DNA of 64,000 nt from contig CM114271.1 in the NCBI GenBank assembly GCA_050084515.1, positions 12,400,001 through 12,464,000 of the forward strand. Direction: 5' to 3'. The notes beneath the pieces are model-generated. The model saw nothing but the letters and a program-made list of their open reading frames with translations. It made no database searches and had not been told where the DNA came from. Source of the DNA: Blasia pusilla (taxonomy: Eukaryota). Position numbers and translations under genes: made by a program. This document shows positions 50,420-63,997 of the stretch, in pieces. Each line of letters starts with the position of its first letter. The first letter of the stretch is position 1.

Positions 50420-52510
50420 ATGTATAGTAACACCTGTCACAACAAGCAAAGAGAAGGCGGTTGTTAAAGTCTTAGAATGTATAGTGGAACATGATCAATG
50501 ACCTGCAAAGGTTCCAATGGATTTTATATATATTGCACTTGGCGAGCCAAATCCATGCATCATCTTGAGTCTTATCTTTAGTGCGGAAATAACCATAGAT
50601 GAGGATGAGTTTCGCTTTGCCCAATCCAAGAAAAAATGGATGGTTTCAAAATAGGTTTGCCAAGGGTATGGCAAAAAAGAAAAAAAATTGGCTCAGGCTC
50701 TACCGTTTCTTGTTACTTGTATGTTGTCAAATAAATGTTTTGAAATAACAATGCATTATACTAGAGAGTGGTCAAACAAAAAATGATAGTTAGATTCTTT
50801 GTACGGCTATCTTGACGTTGATCACTTAATATGACTTAAGTTAAAAAAAATTCTCCACACCAAAAATAGTTCCCTAAGGATAAAGAGATCAGTTTGCGCC
50901 CCCTCTATTAATTGGAAATCAAGTTCTTATAGAGCTGGCCATTTCTTGCCATTAGCAACATGCAGAAAAAGGTGTTACTTGCTACATGTACCCCATTTGG
51001 AGAAACGGGCATCTCTTTAAGTACTCGAATATTAAGCTAAGTTAGCTCTAAGTCACTTTTTTCTTATTGCAAGTTTCTTGACTCATAGGCATGGACTGTG
51101 TTCAATTTCTCAATTTGACATAGGAATCTACAAGTTGGGGTCTAATTGGATTATTGGATCATTGGCAAAGTTTTTTTGAAGTTTGGAAAACCTTTGCAAT
51201 GAAAAAAAGAAGTTCTTGGATAGCCTTCATCTAACTCCACTTCATAGTCGATTCTTGAAATGAAGTGAAAAGCTTGATGGGTTACCTTATGCTGATTGTA
51301 GGTTCATGGAGTCTGTCAAAGAGGGTGGGGAAGTTGGCTAAGGTTCAGAATCTATAAATTGATAACTCTGGAAAAGATAACAAAAATATTTACGTCACGA
51401 CGTTCTTGGCCTTTTTGGTTCATAGGGAGGTATTCAAAGAGATTCAATTGGATTTTCTCATCCCCGAGCACACTCACAAAGATTTTGATGCCATGTCTAG
51501 CAAGTTTTTGGGAACCTTACGACGACATAATTCATACACTTTGAAAGAACTTGCCACGTAGATTTTTAACTTAATCTCTGAATCACCGAATCCAACATCA
51601 TAAGTGGTTCAAGATATTCACGACTTTAAGGAGTACTTGAAAGGTTTTATCAAGCTTGAGACAAAAAAATCAATGATATAGATTGTAGAAACAATGTCAA
51701 TTTCAATTTTCTAGCTAGATCTTTGGATGGTATGCCCATCATGCACTATAAGATTTTTGATTCTAATAATAAGTGGCTGTCAAATGAACATGAATATAAC
51801 ATATTTTTACATTATGAAATTAGTGAAGTTCCTCTTATCCCTACTGTGAACCAAAGCGCTTACTGCCCACACCGTTGAAAATATTTTCCAATGTCAAGAA
51901 AGGTGTTGCTCAATATATTGAGAACTTTGATAATATGGGAAGCAAGTCTTTCAGAAGCACTACGGTGGAATTCAAACAACTAGCAAGGCAATGAAAGAAG
52001 AGGATTGAATAATTAGACCAATTGTTTCCTCATGGAAACCCTGAGAACAAGGTACAAAACATGTGATTAAATCATAAGGAACAAGAAATAAAGACTATGG
52101 TACCAATAATAGGAGTAGTTTGATAGCCCATGACATCGCTTCATCGTTCTCTGAGACACTGAAGAACTTTTGGCCTGTAACCAAAAAAAATACTCAAGTT
52201 CCTATTGTCTTTGGAAGTGGAATTCTTTAGAATCCAGATCACTATTGTGGCCCCACTAGATTCGGGCCTAGACTTGATATGTTATCAATGGAGGAAACAA
52301 AAGGTACATTGGTTGAGACTTTGTAATAATTAGACTAAGACAAGAAGGAAAAGAAATATCCCATATGGATGGGATAATTTCTTGTTGGAGTTAGTGCAGA
52401 TACTAATTTCAGAATTCAATATTGGTGGCCATTGAATATATTCGGATGAGGAAACATTACTCCAAGCTGAATATATTAAAATTGGGATGTAAAGAAATGG
52501 GAAAAATGTT
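50420..52510 (+). pseudogene. Decayed Sola-like (DUF7869-type) DDE transposase
   Basis: Frame from 51361 reads DNSGKDNKNIYVTTFLAFLVHREVFKEIQLDFLIPEHTHKDFDAMSSKF (cf. DN..xNKN..FL..GHTHxDxD..FS); upstream FLTHRHG..LGSNWIIGSL; boundaries approximate. Confidence 0.65.
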
Positions 52511-54689
52511 AGTGAAAACCTGATGTGAAAACACTGATATGGCTAATTTTGTTCCATTAAAATCTAGAATAATCTTTGGCCTAGTACTAAAAGATTGAGT
52601 TCAAAATTACTCAATCTTTATTATAATTTAATATAATATTGTTAGGATTCATCACTTTATTTTATAAAGTGTGTTTAACTTAGTAACATTATAATACTTG
52701 AAATTAAATATGAGTATAATTATTTCTTGGTGTAATGAGTTTTGGACCATCCGTAATTTCATGAAGGACATTAAATGTAATTTTTTATTTATTTAAATGA
52801 TTATAGTTGCACATGTTGGATGAACGTATGGAAAAAATGGTTATGTTTAAGCTTTAATTGTTTGAATCCATGTTAGATCCAAATCAGTCCTTTTTAGGAT
52901 CTACCTCCAACTTGCATGAATTACTAGACTAAGGCACATACAAGAATAAATTCAATGGCAACAATTACATTTATTAATAAAATCCTAAACACTTGATTAT
53001 GTAAACTAAATCTTGGAATTTTCTCCATTATGTACTAGTTGATTATTTCGAGTCAAGTTCTTAAATCCATTCATAATTATGTGTTCATCTATATGGACAT
53101 TAATAAAAACTGGGTTTACTAGACCCTAAACACTTTATTATATAAAATAAATCATGGAAGTTTCTCCGCAATGTACCAGTTGATCATTTCAAGCCAAATT
53201 CTGAAATTAACCCATAATTATATGTTCGTTCATTTGGACATTAGATAAAAATCGAGTTTACTAAACCCTATATAGTAGATCCAGATCCTACACCCTTAAT
53301 ACGCCCTACATCCTAAACCCTAAGGCATACACCTTGAGGATACATCCAATTAATTCATTGGCCATGAATCCCAAGCAATATACCCAAATCATGTTAAACT
53401 TTAAACACTCAATCTTGAGCCTTTATCTCGTAAATCTAAGCCATAGGCCCTAAAAAAATATGATGCAAAAAATACAACGTTACCCTTGTTTGAAGTTAAC
53501 TCTTTAGAAAAAATACTCAAAACTTACAACAAAACTTCACGAAATGGACATCAATCTAGAAATCCTTGTTTGAAGTAAACTCTTTAGTATAAACAATACA
53601 ACATTACCCTTTTTTGGAGTAAATTCTTTAGTAAAAAATTAATACACAAAACTTACAAAAAAACTGACGATAGGGATGGTAATATAGAAACATCCGTAAA
53701 TTTTCAACTCTTATATCCATGAATATTGATATTAGAACAAAATGGAGTTTTCCAAAGCACCAGATTTGTCGGAATTGGTATTTTTATTGAACATCTTTAT
53801 TGAGGTGGCAGAGCTATGGTCCTCCTTGCTTTGTGAGTAATCTAAGCCAATTATTAGAACACCAATTTCGGCATTCTTGGTGAATTAAAACATTTTGGGT
53901 TTTCAGCTTTCTTGAAGTCATGCTTACAAGTAAAATAAGGACTTAAGTCCATTTAAATATGACCATATATTCAAATTCTTTTGCAACCAATCAAGTCTCT
54001 TTTAGTCGTCGGCAGCCTATATAGTATGATCTCGAAGTTAAAACGTTAAAAATGATGTTGATAGTGTTTATTTTGTTCGTTTCTTTGGACATCTCGAGAG
54101 AGCGGAAGCTAGCGTGTGATGTGGTTAAAGTCGTCGTACACCCGTCAGAGCAATATTTGCAACATAAACTAATTTATTTCGCAACTTCATTGTAAAGGAG
54201 GTGGCAGACGATTGAATGCGGACTCTGCCAAGGTTTGTGCGTTCATCAGCCAAATCAGAGCTTAAGACCTAATTCCAAAGCATTCTCAAGTAAAGAAACA
54301 AATTATCTTGGCCTTATGGACCCTCTGCCCCAACCCTATTTCTCCCCAGTTGGCAAGAATCTGTAAAGTCCTCCTATCGGTAGACCTACTACTGCCCGCT
54401 GAAGGAGCTCTTCGAGCTTTGGAATATATCCTACAGACATTTCTACGGCATTTGGAACTATTTTTCCAATGGAAGATTATTGAATGGCGTTTGGAACTCT
54501 AGTTCTAAACAAACTTGGAAGTATTTGGTTTCTACCAGTTGAGATAGCCCTGAAGTTGACAACGCAATGTGCTGGTTCGGCCCCGGAGAAGCTCCCACTC
54601 GGTGCCAAGAAAAAGCAATCAGAACTCTAGAGTTCCGATTTGGACTCAGACTAAGTTTGGCAAAAAATGTAGTTTGGATTTGGACTCTA

Positions 54690-55730
54690 ACTAAGTTTGG
54701 CTCTAAATGACGTTCAACGGTCGCGGCAATTTAGGACACAATCAGAACTAGGGTTCCAATTCTACAATTGTTGCCAACCTATTGAGATGTAAGGAGCAGG
54801 CCATTTGGACCCACAGTTCCAATTGAAAATTGGGATTTAAAATTGGGAACCCACAGTTCCAATTGAAAATAGGGAGTAGGCCATTTGGAACTACAATTCC
54901 AATCAAGGATGGGGATTTCCCTTTACCGGATGCCTTCTGCGACCGGAATGGGATCTTAGGATCCAATTGGACTCACACAAAGTTTGGCTCTAAATGACCT
55001 TCAACGGGCGCGGCAGTTTGGGACACAATCAAAACTAAGGTTGTGATTCCACATTTGTTGCCGACCTATTGGGATGTAAGGAGGAGGCCATGCGGAACTA
55101 CAGTTCCAATGGAAGATGGGTATTTCCCTTTACCAGACGCCTTCTGCGGCCGAAATTGGATCTTAGGATCCAATTGGACTCACACTAAGTTTGGCTCCAA
55201 ATAACCTTCAGTAGGCACGGTAGTTTGGGACACAGTCAAAACTAAGGTTTCGATTCCATTCTTGTTTTCAACCTATTGGGATGCAAGGAGCAGGCCATTC
55301 GGAACTACAGTTCCAATCAAGGATGGGGATTTCCCTTTACCGGATGCCTTTTGCGGCCGGAATTCGATCTTAGGATCCAATTGGACTTTGACTAAGTTTG
55401 GCTCCAAATGACCTTCAACGAGCGCGGCAGTTTGGGAAACAATCAGAACTAAGGTTCCGATTCTCCAATGTCTGTCAACCTATTGGGAGGTAAAGAGCAA
55501 GCCATTAAAAACTACGGTTCCAATCGAGGATGGGGATTTCCCTTTCTTGGGCGCCTTCTATGGCCGGAATTGGATCTTAGGATCCTATTGGACTGAATCT
55601 AAGTTTGGCTCCAAATGACTTTCAACAAGCGCGGCAGTTTGGGAGACAATGAGAACCAACGTTCGGATTCTATAATTTTTCCCGATAAAGGGATCTCAAG
55701 AGCTACAGGCTTATTGGAACTACAGTTCCA
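54690..55730. repeat. 207-bp tandem repeat, ~5 copies
   Basis: AGTTTGGCTC anchors at 54694, 54981, 55188, 55395, 55602. Confidence 0.9.
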
Positions 55731-56031
55731 GTTAATCCTGAGGGTGGCAACGTTGAGGATGCAAGTGGTGACAAAACATTTCCAATCGGAGGAGATTCTC
55801 ATCTGTTGCTATACTTGTGACATTGATCGGCTCAAATTTGGGCAACATACTTCCTTAATCCATCTACTTCAATATGCTACATTTCACGTTCTTTTTACAA
55901 ATGTATCCAATGGCATCAAAATAGAGTATCATTTCAGCTACCTATTACCCTCGGTGAGGTCTCTTCCTACTCAATCGCAAGAGTGTCTCATCTGTGGCAA
56001 GGTTGGTAATCTCCTCCTAAACCTCACGGAT

Positions 56032-56958
56032 TTACTTATTGAGTCCATTGACGAAGTGACTCCAACTAAACCTTCCCTCCCTTGGAATTAGAACAATCCT
56101 CGTGAGATCAATTTGGAGATCTTTCTTTAGGGTCTGGAAGATAGCTTGGAACTTATCGTAATTCTTCTTCTGATACTCCTCGGCCAAATTGCGTAGGTCC
56201 ATATCCAAGTCCCTTGCCTTTGCAATGATGTAGCTGAAAAGACGATGCTTCAGTTCATGCAAGCTGTACTCATCAAGGAAAAAATGGGCACCTTCTTGTC
56301 CCGTCATCAGCAAGCACTGTTTTGGTGGTTGTTGGAGAGATCATTCCCTTAATTTCATGGAATAGTCAAATACGTTATCCACCACAGCTGAGGCCTTGAA
56401 GTTGAAGAAGAGTTAGTTTGCCTTCTTACATTCCCGGTCTAGGCGGGAAGCTAGAGTATCTACAATGGTGATCGACTTGGCAGCAACCCTTAGCACAAAG
56501 TGATGGTCATGCACAGTGACGATAAACACCTTGTCGGTTCCCTCGTACGACACCACTTCATTCCACACAGTGTCCATGCTCTCATCTGGCATGGTACCAT
56601 AAGGGAAAACGTCATAAATATAAGGGAGGGAGACATAATCCACAAAGTTCATGTTGTTGTTGATATAGACACTGAATGACGGTCCACCCTTCTAACTCCA
56701 CCCTGCTACGGACTCCAGGTCTAAGAAGCCGCTTTTATCAACTATGTCCCTGAAACCAAACTGATTCTCCCACTTTGCATACAAATGAGCCCCCAACTTC
56801 ATGATGCCGTCCAGAACTCCAACCATGAGATATTTCTTTGTTAGATACTCCAAACACCACCTGGCAGTAAGGATGGCATTGATACTGCATGTTGGCCTCG
56901 TAACTTCCATATATATCTGATCCACACTGCCGAAGATGACATCTTCGATGATCTCCAC
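56032..56958 (-). pseudogene. Ulp1/SENP (C48)-like protease remnant
   Basis: DKVFIVTVHDHHFVLRV..ITIVDTL resembles the FxPxH..HWxL..IxxxDSL core; PKQ..GQEGAHF lies where Q..DCG is expected. Confidence 0.45.
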
Positions 56959-57249
56959 TCTTGGACATTCCTTGCATACTTTCCGAGTCAGTTGTTCAAG
57001 TACATTCTGGAATAAGACCGAGGCCTTTAGCTTTTCTTGGATTGCATGGAGAAGATGTTTACCATTACCGCCAGTAGAATATGGCTTTGGAAAACCAATC
57101 CCGTAATACTAATAAAATGACTAACACTCATCCCATCCTAGAAACACTCTTTCATTATTCAAAGGTAAGAGAGAATAGTACGAGCCTCGCAATGATGTTT
57201 TTTGTCTCAGGGTCCTAGAAGTATATTAAATTTTGGAAGGGCTATAACG

Positions 57250-58588
57250 CTATTTGGATCATTCAAAAGGAGGGAATTGATCCCAATGTCCACCAAGACT
57301 GTATTCTTTGGGCAGGAGAAGTTTCTAAACTCTCTAATAGCGTAAAAGAACCCCAGATCTTTCACATACTTTGAGAGATCCTTTGTCCCCTTTCAAACAG
57401 AGTAGTCCCGCACAGACCAAAAAAATTTGGCCTTCTTGATGAAAGATTCAGATAAATAGCAGGAATCTACTAGCCTCTCAAGCATTTCAAGTGCATCTTC
57501 CCTATTCATCATGGTCCAAAACCCATAATCATATTCTCTCTCTATCATGTCTGTTAGTATTCTGACGTAGGGGAGGAAAAATACAACCCATCCATCTCCC
57601 GACATGAAGGCATTGTTTCCCCTAAGACCAAGGGGATACGGTTTGCTAACCTTGTCCATAATTCGGAAAATAATTCCGTCAATTTCGAGGATAAGAAGAG
57701 GCCTAAGGGATTTCACCTATCCAACAACCAATGCAAGATATTAGCCTCTCAAAGAAGGAATTAGAACTATAGTTCTATCAGGAAATATTCATTCACGGAA
57801 CTATCATAGTGCCAGTGCTTACCTTTCTGCCTGAAGATCGATGTCCAACATTTTGAGTCGCAGCACGCTCTTTTGGTTCATAGTAGCGTCGATAATCACC
57901 AGGCTACACGAAACACTTTAGTATTATGAACAATCCCAACTTTATAGATGTAAGATTCGTTAAGATTGGTTCACAGTGGGTAGAAATTCACATTACCTTC
58001 CTACAATAAGAGGGAAAATTGAACTGTTAGATAAACTCCCACGAAGTCTGGAAGTGGCTGTTGTGTATGCTGAGTTGCAGCAGTTTGACATAATGTGTCA
58101 ACAACGTCATGAGAAAACTATCTTTTGACAATGATGCCTTCTATTTCGACACCTTCCTAAAATACTGTACACTATCATGGTGGTTCTCGTTTTCGACCAC
58201 ATCAAAACACAAAATGTGTTGTTGGTTGTCTAAATCCAGCCAGAGTCTTGTTGCCTCGTCAAAATAGTTCAGTAGTTTGAATGGAGCCGCTCGACCTCCA
58301 AGCGGACTGTCATTTGCAACTTACCAAAGTAAACCCAACCCGGGGAAGATTCCTCTCTTGTAAGTGATCCAAAATTGCAACCTCTATTCTAGCCAGACTA
58401 TCTTCATTCTTATATGTCCATAGGCCCAAAGCAAAGAAATCACTTGTTGCGTGGAGAAAATCTCCACACCCTGGTCTAATACTAATACTTTTCAAGTTTC
58501 CAGAGTTTCGATATGCATGGCAAAAAAGCAGGACCTCATGCGGTTCAAAAAGCAACATGATTTTACCAGATCTAGGCCGAGTCTGCAT
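57250..58588 (-). pseudogene. Spliced gene with two FCP1/NIF (HAD)-like domains
   Basis: IRPGCGDFL..FALGLWT and LLILEIDGIIF..LPYV..YDYGFWT; GT-AG introns at 57996-57904 and 57822-57717. Confidence 0.55.
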
Positions 58589-59547
58589 CAGACATTTTTT
58601 TCATCAGAATCCAAAGAATCATACAGAAATTCAAAGGTGATGCAAGGTTGTAGGAGAAAATGAAACACAACATGAACATAGGAATCCTCAACTCTTGGAC
58701 TGGTAACATTACATTAACTAGTGCACCTCTCGTGTGCAGAAGGGATGCAAGGTCAAAACCCTTACACTTCATAATACAATTGATAGAAGGTAGTCACAGG
58801 GGAATGAATGGGAACTCAAGTTCGGATTAAGATATGAATGAAAATGATTGTCACTTCAAGCTCCCCGGTGCTAAAATCCAAAGATCTAATTTCCGCACTC
58901 ATTACCCTAATGGTTTCCAAAGAGGTTCTATCTTCCATGCTCGACTTTATGGAACCACCACCCGCTAGTAATCTCAACTCTCTTTCAGCATGATCAAATT
59001 CTGTGTGAAACCCTTGATAGTAAAGATGTCGATTGAGTCTTACCAAGGATGAGGTACCCCGCTTGATGTTGGTCCACGGGCCAGTATTGTTCCAACTGCT
59101 AGGGATGGGTTATTATGCTTCTTTTTCTTTGAAGGTTTAACGACTATAATTTTTGGATAAGTGTCTGAACCGCTAGAGTCTCCAACTGTTGTTGATACTG
59201 TTGTACGTGGGATCCGTTTCGTTTTTTTTTCTCGGTCCATATTTCCCACAGAAGCCTTCGCCGCGATGACTCTACGTGTCCTGGATATGTCAGTGTTCGT
59301 TCTCCCTTCATATTGTGGCCTAGCATCTTTTTACGGCAATGTACTTCTTGCTAAATCCGCAGGCTTTGTAGACATTGGAGCTCGAGGTGGAACTTGAGAC
59401 GTATCATTTTTTTGTGCATTTACACATTTGATTGTTAAATTGCGTCTAGAGTTGTCAAAATCTGATATTTTGAGTGTAATGGCTAAGTCATTCCCGAGGA
59501 TAGTGTTTACTACTTTTCTAAGTTGCAAGTCACCAACCGCTTTCTGT

Positions 59548-59592
59548 TGCCAGCAACCGCGGTAATTCCAGCTCCAATAGCGTATATTTAAG
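59548..59592 (+). rRNA. 45-bp fragment of 18S rRNA (helix 18 / 530-loop region); not a gene
   Basis: TGCCAGCAACCGCGGTAATTCCAGCTCCAATAGCGTATATTTAAG; 1 mismatch to the recalled green-plant 18S sequence. Confidence 0.9.
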
Positions 59593-59829
59593 CTACACTC
59601 AGACGTCGACCTACTACTTGTTCCATTATATGACTCCTGCATGAAACCACAATATGAGGTCTTCTTTTCTGAATTCAAAGTATGGAGAACCAAAATACAG
59701 TGAGAACTTTAGATGAGTTAATCACTATTTTAGTTGCTCACTTGATTCGGAGAAGTCGATAACGTTGCTGTGAGCTTTTCCGTACCCTTGAGTTCCTCAA
59801 TCCCCTTTTCTCCTTTTGGAGTCTGCTTT

Positions 59830-60245
59830 TCTAGTCCCTCGCTCTCCTCTTCTCCCTATGTAGTGGAAAAATGTTCGACATAATGAGAACTTAAGTTCTA
59901 TATCAGTGCAAGTTGAGGCAAAAAAACTGAAAGCATAATATGAAAGATTAATTGGGTTGCTCATCTCATAAGGAGATTTCGATGACGTAGGAGTCTTCTT
60001 TTCCATCCCAAGCAGTCCCTCTCTCTCCTCTTCTCCCTGTGTAGTGGTAAAATGCTCCACATAATGAGAACTTAAGTTCTACATTAGTGCAATAAGAGGT
60101 TGGGGAACTGAAATTAGAATAGGAAAAAATAATTGGATTGCTCATCAGAGTAGGAAAGCCCTATGACGTCAGAATCTGCTTCCCCGTCCCACACAATCCC
60201 TCCCTTTCATTTTCTCCCTGTGGACACTCAATATAATGAGAAAAA
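59830..60245. repeat. 180-bp tandem repeat, ~2.3 copies
   Basis: CTCTCCTCTTCTCCCT..CATAATGAGAACTTAAGTTC at ~59842 and ~60022; a third ATAATGAGAA at ~60233. Confidence 0.8.
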
Positions 60246-60534
60246 AAAATATTAATTTGAATCTAATACCGAGAAGGATTTGCATGCATTAGGAGGATCA
60301 TAGAGGATCATGTAAATTTCTCGTCGTAATTGGTGTTTTTGATGATGGCATCTGCTTGGATCTGCTCTCCAGCACTTCGTCATCCTTCTCTCCCTCGAAA
60401 GTAAGTACTGATACTCCAAGTGATTTTTCACCAATCAATGATGATTGCTTTGCAAACAGATACTTAGATTAGAATTCCATTTGTAACAGTCATCGTCCCA
60501 CTCAAAAGCATGAAGTTTTTTCATAACCAACTTC

Positions 60535-63500
60535 TTAAATTGAACTTATAGTATTTTCTCCCAGCGGTGTGGGGATAGTTTTGGCAAAATATCTTGCCAA
60601 AACAAGAGTAGCTAGAGCACTAGTCTCCCTTGTCAAAATTTTAGGATTCAACACATCATGCGATGTCACCCTTTCAAAAGTTGGGGGAGCTGATCCCTCA
60701 CCCTCATCCCTCTCTGCAACTCCTTCGTCTTGAGCCACAAACTAACCAAAATCATAAATAGGCCTGCTTGAATCTAATAGCAGTGCAAAGAGAAACAAAC
60801 GTCTAGCTTGATTCAAGGCACGAAATCCCTGAGCTTACTTTTGATTTGTCATCATCTTTTGACTCCGCTTCCATGTCCGGGTTCTTTGCTCCTTTGCAAT
60901 TCTGGCCATGCGTATCTTTTTGCCTTTGAAAGGTGCCACCTTCTGGTGTGGTTCGGACTTCACTGGAGGGATAGTCCTTAGAAGACTATGGTTTGCATCG
61001 ATCTTGAAGAATTGATCGAATTTCAGGCAGAATTCCGACAATGTCGCCCCATCCACTTGCGGAAAAAATGCTTAGAAATTGATGTTCGAAACGTGTAACA
61101 AGACGAGTTTGGGGAGTAAGTACATATCTTCGAATAAGAAATTAAGTTGAATGCATGTAATCATGATCAGAACTTAGGTTCCGAAAGAGAAACTCACCAC
61201 TAGAGTTGCCAGTACGCGGCAACCAAGATTTATCACAATGGCATTCTTTCGCGCTCCAACCTTTGATAAGCCAGAGAAAATCTCCACAAGTTCACCCATT
61301 CAAAACTCGTTCTCTCCGAGGATCAGAAGGAATCTATACTCCTCGTTGATCACATCTCTTGTGTTGTTGAGGGAGGCAGAAAGAAATTTTCCGCCAAGTA
61401 CTCTATTTACAGTAGCAAGTTGTTCGTCCAAAGTGGACTCATCAAAACCATTGACAAATACCGCTATAACAACCATGAGACATCCTCCACTCCGAATCTT
61501 CTATCTCTTTGGATCCGTCATTGGAAATCTCACTGTACAAGGAATTACTCTAAACCAAAGATTGGAGGCTCTATGGCAAGCAACTATAAGATTCCCGAGT
61601 ATTTCGATCTCAACAAAGAACACCAGTAATCTTTCGGTTGCATTAAGACGAGATCCCTCGACAAAATATTCTCAAAATTCTTCTACACTGAGCCGCTCAT
61701 AATCATTTGAAGCCCTAACCATATTTGCAAATACTACATCAAAAAGTACATCCCACTCATCATCTTCCACTGCCCAATTTACAACGGCCCGGAAAAATCC
61801 GGGTGAGGTTGTATCAAAACTACTAATGACTTCCTTGTGGATAGATACAAGAAAGTTAGTTGTTGGGCATTTGGCCCTCCGCAATCGCATTAAATATCGC
61901 AACCTTCTACAAAATTCATCAAGAGGAACATTGAATTTGGCTTGCGTGCCAAAGGCAAGATGCTTCTTCAAATACATCTTCTCCTTGAGCAGAATGTCAA
62001 GAAGAATCTGTGCATCATCAACGCAGAATTCCTTATTCGAAATGAGCTTCTCATAGAAATCTTGGCAACTTCTCCCAATAGAGATCTCCCTCTTTGGAAA
62101 AAAGAACTTGTAGATGTCGCCTACATTCACTTGATTGCGTTTTAATTTGTCATAGTAGGATTTTACGTCCATCAAGTCTTCATTTTGTATTTTTTGAGTA
62201 GATGTTGGCCGCAATTGCACCCTCAATTATAGGAGTTCTTGTGTGACTCGCATCACATTATCCTTGTCAAGCCCTTGGAGCGGTCTCAAGTTGGTCCTCT
62301 TGAGCCTCCTCTTCTCAACCCTTTTTTTTATGTCTCAGCCAGTACTCGGAGTACGCGATACCATCTCGAGCCATGAGTTTACCTTCCTCGTAGGCAACCA
62401 TGATAGCATGCCACATATTCCATGTCGCGGGAGAGCAATTGTAGAGGAAGGTTTTTATCTCCCTGTGGCTGGAACCAAAATGGGTGTTCAACCTCTTCAT
62501 CATGGTCAACAGAAACCATGGAACTTAAGTATGATTAGAATACCAATGAGAACATGTCAGAATGATTAAAGATAGAGATGGCATGTGTGGTCAATGTTCT
62601 ATCAGAATTCAAGTTCTAATTCGAAATTCAAATTTTGATTCGAATGGTACTGCATTAGCGATCCTCAATGCAAGGAAACCCACCACTTCTCCAATCTTCT
62701 TCTTCTTGGTCTTCTTGATCGTTGCCAAAAGTGGCAATATGCATTCTTATCGAAATCTCCACTTTGCTGGCATATGCGTCCACTTTATTGTGAAGTGAGG
62801 AGAGGCTGCAATACCGAAGATGGTTTTGAGGAAAATCTTCTCCCCAAACTACAGTACACAAAAGACTTTGGAAAAAAATCGTCCCCGGTTGTCTCATAAA
62901 GTTTAGAGAAGGCGACTCTTGTATGCTCACCAGCAATTGCCCACTAGTAGATTTTTGTACCATCACGTAGGTACCCATTCACTATCTCCTCTTTTGAGGG
63001 GACAACTAGTAAATGGTCCCCCCAATATTCATCACATGCTCTTGCAATATTGTATGTACAAGGAACAACAATAGATGTGTTTATATTTTTCGCTATGATA
63101 TTTCTAGTCCCTAAGAGACTATAGTCAGGGCATTCACTCGCTCCTCATAAAGCTCCCTCGTTTTGATGTCAAGCGGGGCAAGTTTGAGATCATTGATATC
63201 TAATCAAAAGATTTTCAAAGAATAGATCGGAATATGAAGATCCTTGAACTGCTCCCACAATCTCTGTTGTACCGGTCTCGCACACTCGACGAGTTCCTGT
63301 GTTGCCATCTCCACTTTGCTGGCATCCTAAACGAAAACGAAGTCTAGGCGACTTCGTTTTCCTAGACTATGACAATAGACCGAATCTCTAACACAGAGTC
63401 TGTAGCCTTTGCTAGACAAGCACTTGTCGTCTCTTTCCCCAACCCAAGGCACGCTACCTTTTTTTCTTCTTGTACCATCAATGGTAATGCAAAATCAGGG

Positions 63501-63997
63501 GTAGGAACCCCGGTAGCTACCCGAATCATCTCTCTAAAAAATTTACCAATATCCTGAATTTCTGATGAAACAGGACCTCTCATCACTAGCTCCTGGATAT
63601 TGGAGGGAAGAGTTTGAACTCCCAAATCCAGTTTGGCTCGGTAAATGACGGATTGAGTAACATCCACATGCTAGTTCTTTTCATTATCCTTGTCTAAAAG
63701 ATGCAACACCAAGAACGTGTCACTAGCAACAATGCTACATCCAATCAAGCGTATTCCACCCAAAATTATGCTCTCCTTCCTTGCAAGTTTGATATTCAGT
63801 CTTATTTTGGATACCCCTTGCGTAGCCGATATTCTAAAGTTCATCCCATCAACCCAAAAAATCGGCTTTACGAAATTCAAATTGAAAGGCACTCTTTGGT
63901 CGTGGATCAAAGCGCCTATAACCTTTGTCCGGGTAAGAATCTGCTTCTTAAAAATGATTGTAGACTGAAAAAACTTTACTGCTACACGAGAATTCAT
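60535..63997 (-). pseudogene. Fragmented, probably spliced ORFs of unknown function (likely TE cargo)
   Basis: Series of same-strand ORF pieces up to 184 aa, collinear with the FCP1/Ulp1-like pieces; no family recognised. Confidence 0.35.

Noticed and set aside
53120-53325. Telomeric repeat (CCCTAAA)
   Set aside because: Only scattered single motifs, no array
59548-59592. Functional rRNA gene
   Set aside because: Only 45 bp, with non-rDNA flanks
62655-62978. 2OG-Fe(II) oxygenase/TET-like fragment (GQLL..PGTIFF..R)
   Set aside because: No HxD..H metal ligands visible; resemblance too weak
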